Shown: piece by piece, positions 19,091 to 27,843 of the stretch
How the letters are laid out: every line of letters begins with the position of its first letter
Position numbering within the stretch: position 1 is the stretch's first letter
Notes under the pieces: model-generated
What the model was told of the DNA's origin: nothing
Seen by the model: only the letters and a program-made list of their open reading frames with translations
The model's database searches: none
Origin: Planctomycetota bacterium
GTDB lineage: Bacteria; Planctomycetota; UBA1135
Assembly (NCBI GenBank): GCA_045047305.1
Contig: JASFYO010000010.1
Coordinates: 4,680-68,679 of the forward strand
Direction of reading: 5' to 3'
Length of the DNA: 64,000 bases
Program-made: the position numbers and the translations under genes

Positions 19091-20080
19091 ATGCGCCTTT
19101 CCTCTCAAATCCTTCACGCCGCCGCGTTGCTTAGCTGTAGCCTTCTCCTAACCGCCTGCAGGGAAAGCCATGTAAGCCCTCGGAGCCAAATTGAGATCGA
19201 TTTAGCCCAGGGACATGCCCCAGCCTTTGATGAGGAACGTGCTTTCACAGACCTTCGCTTTCTTTGTGAAGCAATTGGTCCGCGCAGGATTGGAACCAAG
19301 GGATTGGAACGAACGACAACCTGGCTACAAGAAAATTTAGCGAAACTCAACGGTTGGGATGTGAGCCTAGACTATTTCAAAGCTCAACCACCTGTAGGCG
19401 CGCGGCGCAAAAGTGAGATATCCGGGGTGAATGTTTTAGCCCGACGCGAAGGGACAACTGCAGGCGAGGTTTGGATTTGCAGTCATTACGATACTTACGA
19501 CTACCCTGGCTTTATGGGCGCCAATGATGGAGGCAGCTCTACGGTGGTGCTATTAGAACTCGCACGCCAGCTAGCCGGCGAAGGGAAACACAATGGTCAG
19601 ACAATAGTGCTTGCTTGGTTTGACGGCGAAGAGCGCTTCCCCCCTATTCCGTGGGATGACTTCACCAACTCGACCTTTGGGAGTCAAAATCTCGCGCAAC
19701 GAATGTTTGAAGATGAAAGCATCCGTGCCATTTCAGCACTCATTCTGATTGACATGATTGGCGATTCCAAACTTGGGGTGATCAAGGAGAAATCTTCCGA
19801 CCCTAAGCTAAAGCGGATTATGGAATTGACTGCTGGCGCTTTGGACGATCCCAATCTGTTTGTTGGCCAACGGGACATTCAAGATGACCATATTCACTTT
19901 CGCAGGCGCAATGTCCCTTCCGTTAATCTAATTGACTTCAACTTTGGGCCTGGCAATTCTTATTGGCATACGCGGGAAGACAACATGAAACACGTAAGTG
20001 CCAAATCGCTTGGCCGGATTGGACGTTTGCTACTTGCTGCCCTGCCACTTGTGGAGCGGGAGTTTCATCCGCGGGATTAG
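19091..20080 (+). CDS. M28 family peptidase / glutaminyl cyclase-like lipoprotein
   Basis: Lipobox LLTAC; SHYDT, GANDGGSS, FDGEE, DMIGD, DDHIHF, YWHT. Confidence 0.88.
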   Translation: MRLSSQILHAAALLSCSLLLTACRESHVSPRSQIEIDLAQGHAPAFDEERAFTDLRFLCEAIGPRRIGTKGLERTTTWLQENLAKLNGWDVSLDYFKAQPPVGARRKSEISGVNVLARREGTTAGEVWICSHYDTYDYPGFMGANDGGSSTVVLLELARQLAGEGKHNGQTIVLAWFDGEERFPPIPWDDFTNSTFGSQNLAQRMFEDESIRAISALILIDMIGDSKLGVIKEKSSDPKLKRIMELTAGALDDPNLFVGQRDIQDDHIHFRRRNVPSVNLIDFNFGPGNSYWHTREDNMKHVSAKSLGRIGRLLLAALPLVEREFHPRD

Positions 20081-20180
20081 CCGCCGTCGACGGAGCTGAT
20101 GAATCCTTAGCTCAGCTCAACTCTTAATGCGCAGTGAGATGCCCTGGGGATGATGCCGGCACTAGGATCCGGCAACAATC

Positions 20181-20660
20181 TTGGCGTTGCCCAAATCTCC
20201 TGGCGTTACCCAAATCTCCGTATTCCTAACAAGGAGACAAATGGCTTGTTTCATGCCCCTTGAGGGCCGGTGGAGCAAAGCGGAATCGACCCCACAAGGG
20301 AGTACAGAAATGCGTTTCAGGCGCTCCGCTATTAAAATAATGCTAGAGGGCCTGGTGATAGGTGTCATCACTGGATTTATTGGAGTCGGTGATGGATTCC
20401 TAATTATCTCAGCTTTAGTTTTGCTTGGCAGACTTGCTATGCGCCGCGCAGTTGGAACTAGCTTGTTCAGCATTACGCTAAAGACCTCCTCTGGATTTAG
20501 CAAATACTTGAATCTCCTCCATGACCAAGGTCTCGAACTCGACTGGGAAATCCTAGGAATTTTCTCTGTACGAGGAATCTTGGGACGCTTCGCAGGAACT
20601 GTCATCAGCTCCAAGCTACTTCAAGACCGTCTGAACAGGCCTTTGCATTCTTCCTATTAA
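20181..20660 (+). pseudogene. Sulfite exporter TauE/SafE family remnant (C-terminal half)
   Basis: EGLVIGVITGFIGVGDGFLIISALVLL...AVGTSL resembles the TauE motif GVGGGFLIVPAL with substitutions; N-terminal half eroded. Confidence 0.65.
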
Positions 20661-20860
20661 GTTGGCTTTCTAATCGTCGCGTAAACCTGATCCGAGTTGA
20701 CCAACTAACGCGCTGAAACGAACACTCTTTATCCTCACATAAACTTCACAAAAAGATAGGATTTGGCACAAGCGCAGAAGTCAAAAAAAATATAAATTCT
20801 CTGAACCAAACTTGAGTGAGATCCGTTTCATAGTGCTAATCAGGTCCCCAAACCTTAGAC

Positions 20861-23041
20861 ATGCTCCTCCTAACCGCACTGCTTTCGCCTCTCTTCTTCC
20901 CACAAGAGCCAGCTCCTCAGGAAGCGGAATCCACCGAGGTGCAAACTTCGGAAACGCAACAAAAGCCTTCACTCTATTCCGCCAAGGAAATTGTTGTCAT
21001 TGCAACTAGGCTTGCAGAGGATCTTTTTGAGGTCCCTCGTTCGGTCAACATCATTGACGCACAGGACATAAAGGAGCGCACACCACGGACTGCAGCAGAA
21101 GCCTTACGCCAGCAGCCTGGAATCTGGATCCAACGTACTGGGCATTCTGGTGGAGCCCCCATTATTCGCGGTTTTATGGGCAAACGCGTTATCTATATGT
21201 TCGATGGCATCCGTCGCAACACGGCCAGTCTTTTCAACGGCCCAAACGGTTTCTTGGGCACGGTCGACGCCCTCGACATTGACCGGATTGAGGTTCTACG
21301 CGGCCCCGGCTCGGTCCTTTACGGTTCCGATGCGATTGGTGGTGTCATCAACGTGGTCACCAATGAAAAACCTCTCTACACCGATGGTGGCATTTCAACC
21401 GGTGGACGCTTCCATACTCGGTTTGCAAGCGCCGACCATGAAGCCTCCGCCCGCACCGAGGCTTATATTGCTGGCCAGGACGCTTACGCTTTTTTAGGCG
21501 CAACACGTCGCAGTATTGCAGACGTAACTTCCGGGCGCGGAGGTGGCCTTCAAGACCCCAGCTCTTGGCATGAGACCAACTTTGACATCGAAGGTGGATA
21601 TCGCTTGAGTGACAAACAAGACTTACAGATTTTCGCGCAAAGCTATGACCGCCCAGATGGCACTCGCTACGACAAGCCGACACGAGTCACAAGTAACAAA
21701 CGGAACCTCTATGGCCTACGTTATCGTGCCACTGATTTGGCCTTCACCGATCAGGCCACGATGACTGCGTATTACCATCGACAGGAAAAACTAAACGATG
21801 ATCCAACCCGTGATTCACTCTCTCTAGACACATCCATGGGGCTCGATCTCCAACTCGAAAACGCCTTAGGCAATGGTGGTTCTCGTCTGGTTTACGGCCT
21901 TTCCGCGATTGCTGACGACGTTCAGAAGAGTAATCCACAAGGCGGTACACGCGACCCCGAAGCCTCTTGGTCGGACGTGGCAGCCTTCGCCCTCACCGAG
22001 ATGTACGTCACTGATACAGTTCGTATCGACGTTGGTGTCCGAGTCGACCGCACGCGCTTGAAGTTTGACAACCTCCCACTCAATGAACTTGACACCCTAG
22101 TGCAAGATGCCATCAGCAATGGTGAACTTTCTCTTTCTGATCTCGCGCTTGAGAATACGAATACTGCACTAACCGGAGGTATTGGTCTTAGCTGGTTCCT
22201 CAACGATGACTTAGCAGTTTTCACCAACTTAAGCCGAGCATTTCGCGCGCCCAATAAGAGCGACCTATTCAGCTTTGGCCCCTTCACCAATGGCTTTAAC
22301 GTTCCATCCCCCAAGGTCGATCCTGAGTCAGCCTGGAGTTACGAACTTGGCATGCGTGGACAGTCTCATGACTCTGCATGGAGCGCGACTGGCTTTTACA
22401 CCGAACTCGACAATGCCATCGTTTCGGAGCCAGGCACTTTTAATGGCGACTCCTTCATTGACCTCGATGGAAACGGAACACTGGATCCGGGCGAAGAAGT
22501 TTATGTGAAAAGGAACTCCACCGACAAGGTTACGGTCCAGGGTGTTGAACTCCAAGGCACCCAATACCTCCCGACTCGCTGGACCCGCTCCTTGTTGAGC
22601 CATGGTGTGGTTTCGGTCTACGGAAATGCCTCTTGGATTGACGGCAAGAATCAAGCTACCGATGGCCCGCCTGACCGTCTCTTCCCGACCAATGCACTAC
22701 TCGGTGTGCGTTGGGAAAACTCCCGCAATCCACGGGAACGAACCACTTGGGTTAGTTTTGAATCCTGGATGGTCGATAGCTTTGACGACATTGCGGCTTC
22801 CCGTGCTGGCGATCCGGCCTTCAAAAATGACCCGCAGGACAGAGGTTCCGGCCTTCTGGCTCCGGGCCCCCGGGTTCCAGGCTTCTCCGTCTTCACCTTG
22901 AGGGGTGGAGTCCAACTCAACCAGCGAGTTTCCTTGACACTCGTTGTCGAAAACCTCGGCGACCGCCTTTACCGCGTAAAAGACTCCCGGATCGACGCAC
23001 CGGGGATTAACTTCGTGGCGGCCGTGGATATCCTTCTCTAA
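20861..23041 (+). CDS. TonB-dependent receptor (HmuR/BtuB-like by context)
   Basis: Signal peptide; TonB-box-like EIVVIATR; plug PIIRG...DGIR, IDRIEVLRGPGSVLYGSDAIGGVINVVT; FRAP; C-terminal ENLGDRLY...PGINF. Confidence 0.93.
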   Translation: MLLLTALLSPLFFPQEPAPQEAESTEVQTSETQQKPSLYSAKEIVVIATRLAEDLFEVPRSVNIIDAQDIKERTPRTAAEALRQQPGIWIQRTGHSGGAPIIRGFMGKRVIYMFDGIRRNTASLFNGPNGFLGTVDALDIDRIEVLRGPGSVLYGSDAIGGVINVVTNEKPLYTDGGISTGGRFHTRFASADHEASARTEAYIAGQDAYAFLGATRRSIADVTSGRGGGLQDPSSWHETNFDIEGGYRLSDKQDLQIFAQSYDRPDGTRYDKPTRVTSNKRNLYGLRYRATDLAFTDQATMTAYYHRQEKLNDDPTRDSLSLDTSMGLDLQLENALGNGGSRLVYGLSAIADDVQKSNPQGGTRDPEASWSDVAAFALTEMYVTDTVRIDVGVRVDRTRLKFDNLPLNELDTLVQDAISNGELSLSDLALENTNTALTGGIGLSWFLNDDLAVFTNLSRAFRAPNKSDLFSFGPFTNGFNVPSPKVDPESAWSYELGMRGQSHDSAWSATGFYTELDNAIVSEPGTFNGDSFIDLDGNGTLDPGEEVYVKRNSTDKVTVQGVELQGTQYLPTRWTRSLLSHGVVSVYGNASWIDGKNQATDGPPDRLFPTNALLGVRWENSRNPRERTTWVSFESWMVDSFDDIAASRAGDPAFKNDPQDRGSGLLAPGPRVPGFSVFTLRGGVQLNQRVSLTLVVENLGDRLYRVKDSRIDAPGINFVAAVDILL

Positions 23042-26000
23042 TGAGAAAGATGGATTTTGCGGGTAGGGTACTTGGGTTGTTCCTACCCGCATTTTTTTTC
23101 GGATTGCTCGCCTCTACCTTGGCGGCACAGGAACCAGATTCTCCATTAACCACCTCTGACGAAAGCCAGCACCATGCTGTTTTTCTCGGAGTCTGGGACC
23201 GTGCCCAACCTTTATTGGATCGAGTGGGCCCGAAGGCAGGTTTCAAGGTCGAATTCCATAACGACCACGACTTAGGACAGCTCAATGTCGAATCTCTCGC
23301 CAAGGCAGATCTCATCTTGGTGCTCAATTTGCGCCCCGAAGAAGCCTCTGCACTGACTCAAGCCTTAAGGGAGCTACGCCGCGCAAGGCCGCAAATACCG
23401 ATTCTTGCCTTAGACCAACGCGATTCGCAAAAAGGTTTAGAGAGCAAGTCCTTATTGTCGCGCGACGCCACCTTGCAATCTTATTGGAGGAATGGTGGCA
23501 GTGAAAACTATCGGCGCATGTTTAGCTACCTGGGCTTCGCCTATCTAAACGACGGCCAAAAACCACTCCCACCAGCAGTCATCCCAGAGAGCGGAATTTG
23601 GCATCCTGCTGCGAGCGATTTATTCACGACTGCGGAATCCTTCCTCGCGTGGCAAAAGAGCCGCCCGAATGCCCCGCAAGGCCCTCACATCACCCTTGCC
23701 ACGCAACGAAGCTTTGTATTACTAGAAGATATTAAAGTGCACAAGGCTATGGTGGAAGAACTTGAATCGCGTGGCCTTCAAGTTGCGGTCATGTTCTCTG
23801 CCGACCAGAAAACTTTTATGGACATGCTGCGGCAATGGAAACCGCAAGTGTTATTAGACGATGGCCACGCATCCCCCATGTTGCTCGCCGGAGCTAAGGA
23901 ACTTGACATTCCGCAAATGAAAGTCATTTCCATGCTTCGATCCACCCTTGAAGAATGGCGTGCATCGCCCCTTGGCCTGGAACCGGGCGATGTCGGTTTG
24001 CATCTCATTAGCCAAGAGGTCTATGGCATTGCAGATCCCCAAATCGTAGGTGGAATCGAAGCACACCTTAGTGGATACCGAATCCATCAACCGGAAAAGG
24101 AACGCATTGCTCACATGGTCGACCGCGTTCTTGCATGGCTCGCTTTACGCAGTAAGTCCAATCAAAAAAAACGCATTGCGGTTATTTATTATCACAAATC
24201 TCTAGGCGGCGGCGACTTAACCCGTGGCAGTCCCAGTGGCGCATTCCTCGATGGACCAGAAAGCCTTTACCGTTTCCTTCTCGCCATGCGCGATGCTGGA
24301 TACAAGGTGGACCCGATGCCTAAGAACGCCGAGGAACTCCTCCAGTGGATGCGCCAAAGGGGACGCAACGTGGGCGTTTGGGCAGATGGCGACAAAAAGA
24401 AGCTGGTCGAAGAAGGTGATCCAATCCTTTGGCCGATGGCTTCCTACCGCAAATGGTTCCAAAAGCTACCCGCCAAAACCCAAGAAGAAGTCCTTACCGC
24501 TCATGGCTCCCCGCCTGGCGTGCAAATGGCGTGGCGTGAAAACCAAAAGGACTATTTTATTATCCCACGCATAGATCTGGGTGGAGTCGTTTTACTTCCG
24601 CAGCCGGCAAGAGGGCCTGAGAATGACCCTAAACTCCTGCATGCACGCGATATTCCTCCACCCCATCAGTACCTGGCCACCTATGCGTGGCTGCAAAACG
24701 ACGCCAAAGTCGACGCTCTCATTCACTTTGGCACCCACGGTTCCGAATTGCTTCTTCCCCTGCGTGGCTCCGGCTTGGGCCCCACCGATTTTGGTGACCG
24801 CATTTTGGGTCGTCTTCCCAATATCACTCCCTGGATTTTGGACAATGTTGCGGAAGCTACATTAGCCAAACGTCGCGCCTATGCGGTCCTTGTCGATCAC
24901 CAGGTTCCTGCTTATGAAGCCTCTGGCCTGTCGCCCGAGCTCCTCCTTTTGCAGGGAGATCTGCAAAAATTTGGCGACATGGAAGATGGCATGGTGCGCA
25001 ATCGCTACCGCGACAGCATCCTAGAAACTGCAGCTAAGAATGGTCTTCCCGTCCCTGACCATGCGGAAGATTTCACGGCTGAATCCGCGCGCGAACTCCT
25101 AGAGGAAGTTGAAAATATTCGTGAGCGCGTGGCCCCCATGCACCTTCACATTCTTGGCCAGCCAGCGCAAAGAGATCGCCTCATCGCCATGGCCACAACC
25201 ATGCTGGGGACCGGTTTCCGGCAGGATTATGCGAGTCGCGAAGAAGCCGAAGATGCCGTACGCCATGCCATAGACTCGAATGAGGAATTTCCTGCGGAGA
25301 GTTGGCAAGGAAAGGCGCAAATCTACCAGCAACGTCTCTCCGACACCGATGATGAAATTCTTAATGTCCTGCACGCACTCGATGGTTCCTTTGTGCCACC
25401 CGGTCCGGGCAATGACCCACTGCGTAATCCCTCTGCGGTCCCCACGGGGCGCAATCTTTACGCCCTAAACCCAGAGGAAATCCCCACCCCTACGGCTTGG
25501 GCAATCGGGGTCGAACTGGGTGACAAATTGCTCGAACGCGGCCCTCTCAAAAAGGTTGCCTTCGATCTCAACGCCTTTGAAACCATGCGCGACTATGGCG
25601 TTATGGAGGCTGAAATCCTCTACCTCATGGGAGTGCGGCCTATTTGGGATGAAAACGGTCTAGCCGCAGAAGTTGAGGTGATTCCGCACGAAGAATTGGG
25701 CCGCCCACGGGTCGACGTATTCATTGCCATTAGTGGCGCGATGCGCGACAACTTCCCTTCCCGTGTGCGCTTGTTTGATCAGGCCGCACGTATGGTTGCC
25801 GCTCTAGACGAGCCAGAAAACGAGGTGCGCATAGCAACCCTAAAACGGGAGCAAGTGCTCCTTGGTGAAGGTTTCGCGCCGATACAAGCCAAGCGTTTAT
25901 CCGCTGCCCGCGTATTTGGGCAAAAGCCTGGCGAATATGGAACGCGCATTCTATACATGGTTCCGAAATCTGGTTCCTGGGATTCCAATGAAGAAATTGC

Positions 26001-26925
26001 CAGTGTTTACATGGACACGATGTCGCATGTCTATACCGAAGGAATTTGGGGTGAAAAAGTGGAGGGCCTTTACCGCCATGCCATAGCCGGTTCTGATTTA
26101 GTGCTACGGAATTGGGCGTCGAATATGATGAGTCCACTATCGAATCATCATGTTTACGAATATGCCGGTGGACTTAGCCTTGCGCTAACCTCGGTGAATG
26201 GCACACAACCCGAATTGCTCATTAACGACGTACGCGAAAACGCCAAGTTACGTGAATTTGATTCGGTCATGCGCGAAGAATTCCATGCCACCCTCCTGAA
26301 TGCCAAATGGGTCAAAGGGATGAAGGAAAACGGCTATGCTGGAGCCGGGCAAATGGCCGAATTGGTCAAGAACAGTTTTGGCTGGGAAACGGTACGTGAT
26401 GGCTCGGTTGGGCAAGCCATGTGGGATGGCATCGACGAGGTCTACCTCCAAGATCGTTATCAACTTGACCTTGAAACCTGGTTTCAAGATCAAAATCCGC
26501 ATGCCTTCCAAGAAATCGCTGCGACCATGCTTGAGGCCAACCGTAAAGAATATTGGGAGGCCAGCGAAGAACGTCTGCAGCAGATCGCAAAAGACTATGC
26601 ACAATCCGTTGCTGATTATCGATTGTCAGGAGGCATTGTCGATGGCGGGAATAAACACCTCCAAGAAGCCGTCCAAAGGTTTCTCAATGCTGCTGGCGAG
26701 TTAGAACTCCTTGATGCCTATCAAGCTTCCATTCAAGAGAGTGAAGCCTCGAATGGCGAAAACCGTGTCAAGGGCATGCAGCTTGCAAAAGCGCCCACGG
26801 AAGAGCCCAAGGCCCAACCCGCCCAAACTTCTGGCGCAAGGGATTGGCTCTTCCCGCTCATCGCTGGAGCTGGAGCTATTGTGGTGTTCCTTGTAGGCTT
26901 CACCCGTAGATACCGTAAGAGTTAA
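23041..26925 (+). CDS. CobN/magnesium chelatase H family protein, exported and C-terminally anchored (HmuS-like)
   Basis: KKRIAVIYY, PPPHQYLATYAWL, HFGTHGS, EATLAKRR, PGPGNDPLRNPSAVPTGRNLY, GRPRVDV, GMKENGYAGA; N-terminal signal and C-terminal TM helix. Confidence 0.92.
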   Translation: MRKMDFAGRVLGLFLPAFFFGLLASTLAAQEPDSPLTTSDESQHHAVFLGVWDRAQPLLDRVGPKAGFKVEFHNDHDLGQLNVESLAKADLILVLNLRPEEASALTQALRELRRARPQIPILALDQRDSQKGLESKSLLSRDATLQSYWRNGGSENYRRMFSYLGFAYLNDGQKPLPPAVIPESGIWHPAASDLFTTAESFLAWQKSRPNAPQGPHITLATQRSFVLLEDIKVHKAMVEELESRGLQVAVMFSADQKTFMDMLRQWKPQVLLDDGHASPMLLAGAKELDIPQMKVISMLRSTLEEWRASPLGLEPGDVGLHLISQEVYGIADPQIVGGIEAHLSGYRIHQPEKERIAHMVDRVLAWLALRSKSNQKKRIAVIYYHKSLGGGDLTRGSPSGAFLDGPESLYRFLLAMRDAGYKVDPMPKNAEELLQWMRQRGRNVGVWADGDKKKLVEEGDPILWPMASYRKWFQKLPAKTQEEVLTAHGSPPGVQMAWRENQKDYFIIPRIDLGGVVLLPQPARGPENDPKLLHARDIPPPHQYLATYAWLQNDAKVDALIHFGTHGSELLLPLRGSGLGPTDFGDRILGRLPNITPWILDNVAEATLAKRRAYAVLVDHQVPAYEASGLSPELLLLQGDLQKFGDMEDGMVRNRYRDSILETAAKNGLPVPDHAEDFTAESARELLEEVENIRERVAPMHLHILGQPAQRDRLIAMATTMLGTGFRQDYASREEAEDAVRHAIDSNEEFPAESWQGKAQIYQQRLSDTDDEILNVLHALDGSFVPPGPGNDPLRNPSAVPTGRNLYALNPEEIPTPTAWAIGVELGDKLLERGPLKKVAFDLNAFETMRDYGVMEAEILYLMGVRPIWDENGLAAEVEVIPHEELGRPRVDVFIAISGAMRDNFPSRVRLFDQAARMVAALDEPENEVRIATLKREQVLLGEGFAPIQAKRLSAARVFGQKPGEYGTRILYMVPKSGSWDSNEEIASVYMDTMSHVYTEGIWGEKVEGLYRHAIAGSDLVLRNWASNMMSPLSNHHVYEYAGGLSLALTSVNGTQPELLINDVRENAKLREFDSVMREEFHATLLNAKWVKGMKENGYAGAGQMAELVKNSFGWETVRDGSVGQAMWDGIDEVYLQDRYQLDLETWFQDQNPHAFQEIAATMLEANRKEYWEASEERLQQIAKDYAQSVADYRLSGGIVDGGNKHLQEAVQRFLNAAGELELLDAYQASIQESEASNGENRVKGMQLAKAPTEEPKAQPAQTSGARDWLFPLIAGAGAIVVFLVGFTRRYRKS

Positions 26926-27491
26926 TGCTGGAACTCCTCCCTCTGCTATCGCAAGCCCTCTTGTGGCCCGTCATCATCTTGCTTTTCCTCGGGATTGCAG
27001 CGACCTTAACCATGCTTGGTGGCTTATGCGGAGAATTTTTGCAACGCAGGAAATGGCGCCAAGCAAACGCCACATTAGTGCAGAATTTAATGGAGGACAC
27101 ACAGCGCCAAGTCCCCTTGGCGGAATTGGAACAGGCCCTCCGTTGGCGCAGAGTGCAAGCAACCTTTTCCTCTCCCAACCCAGACCTCGATAAAATCCTA
27201 GACGATTATCAACTACGGGTGCAAAAGGATTTATCGCGGCCTAATATGTTGGTACGCCTGGGCCCCATGCTTGGACTGGCTGGCACACTCATTCCACTGG
27301 GACCGGGTTTAACCGCACTATCTAGCGGAGATGTAAACACTTTATCTAGCCAATTGGTCATCGCTTTCACCTCCACCGTTCTCGGGCTTTTTGTGGGCGG
27401 ATTAAGCTATGTCATCCATTCGGTGCAACGCAACTGGTATGCACAAGACCTAGGCGATCTAGAATTCCTCTTCCAAAGGCGCGGAGCATGA
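26925..27491 (+). CDS. MotA/TolQ/ExbB proton channel family protein (HmuU-like)
   Basis: RLGPMLGLAGTLIPLGPGL, LVIAFTSTVLGL, WYAQDL. Confidence 0.9.
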   Translation: MLELLPLLSQALLWPVIILLFLGIAATLTMLGGLCGEFLQRRKWRQANATLVQNLMEDTQRQVPLAELEQALRWRRVQATFSSPNPDLDKILDDYQLRVQKDLSRPNMLVRLGPMLGLAGTLIPLGPGLTALSSGDVNTLSSQLVIAFTSTVLGLFVGGLSYVIHSVQRNWYAQDLGDLEFLFQRRGA

Positions 27492-27829
27492 GAAGCAAGC
27501 GCGAGTTAATCACCCAGGAGGAAGATCCGCTTACCGGATTTGCCAATCTATTCGATATTGGCATCGTGTTCTCCTTAGGTTTTATGGTGTCCCTCATTAC
27601 CTATCTTGGATTGCCTGAATTACTTGGCAACCAAGATATGGTTTTGGTCAAGAATCCAGGAACCGACAGCATGGAAATGATTATCAAGAAAGGCGAACAC
27701 CTTGAGAAACTCCAACCTACCGGCAGCAGTCTGGCGGGAGACGGTGGACAGAAACTCGGCACGGCTTACCGCCTCCCCTCAGGAGAGGTGGTTTATGTTC
27801 CAGAAACGGCCGCGGACAGCGAAGGGTAA
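27488..27829 (+). CDS. DUF2149 domain protein (HmuV-like)
   Basis: DPLTGFANLFDIGIVF, VKNPG, KLGTAYRLPSGEVVYVPE. Confidence 0.9.
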   Translation: MRSKRELITQEEDPLTGFANLFDIGIVFSLGFMVSLITYLGLPELLGNQDMVLVKNPGTDSMEMIIKKGEHLEKLQPTGSSLAGDGGQKLGTAYRLPSGEVVYVPETAADSEG

Positions 27830-27843
27830 AAAGTCTTGGAGAC

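Noticed and set aside
15022..20135. Shared 10-mer AATGCGCAGT at the start of both pseudogene scars (15022 and 20126) as a target-site duplication
   Set aside because: 10-nt matches are expected by chance in 64 kb; there is no integrase or transposase, and the enclosed genes look native
20660..20860. Cobalamin riboswitch or Fur box upstream of the TonB receptor
   Set aside because: No B12-box or GCCACTG/GGGAAG elements were seen; TGAGATCCGTTTCA is only a weak palindrome with the wrong spacing for a Fur box
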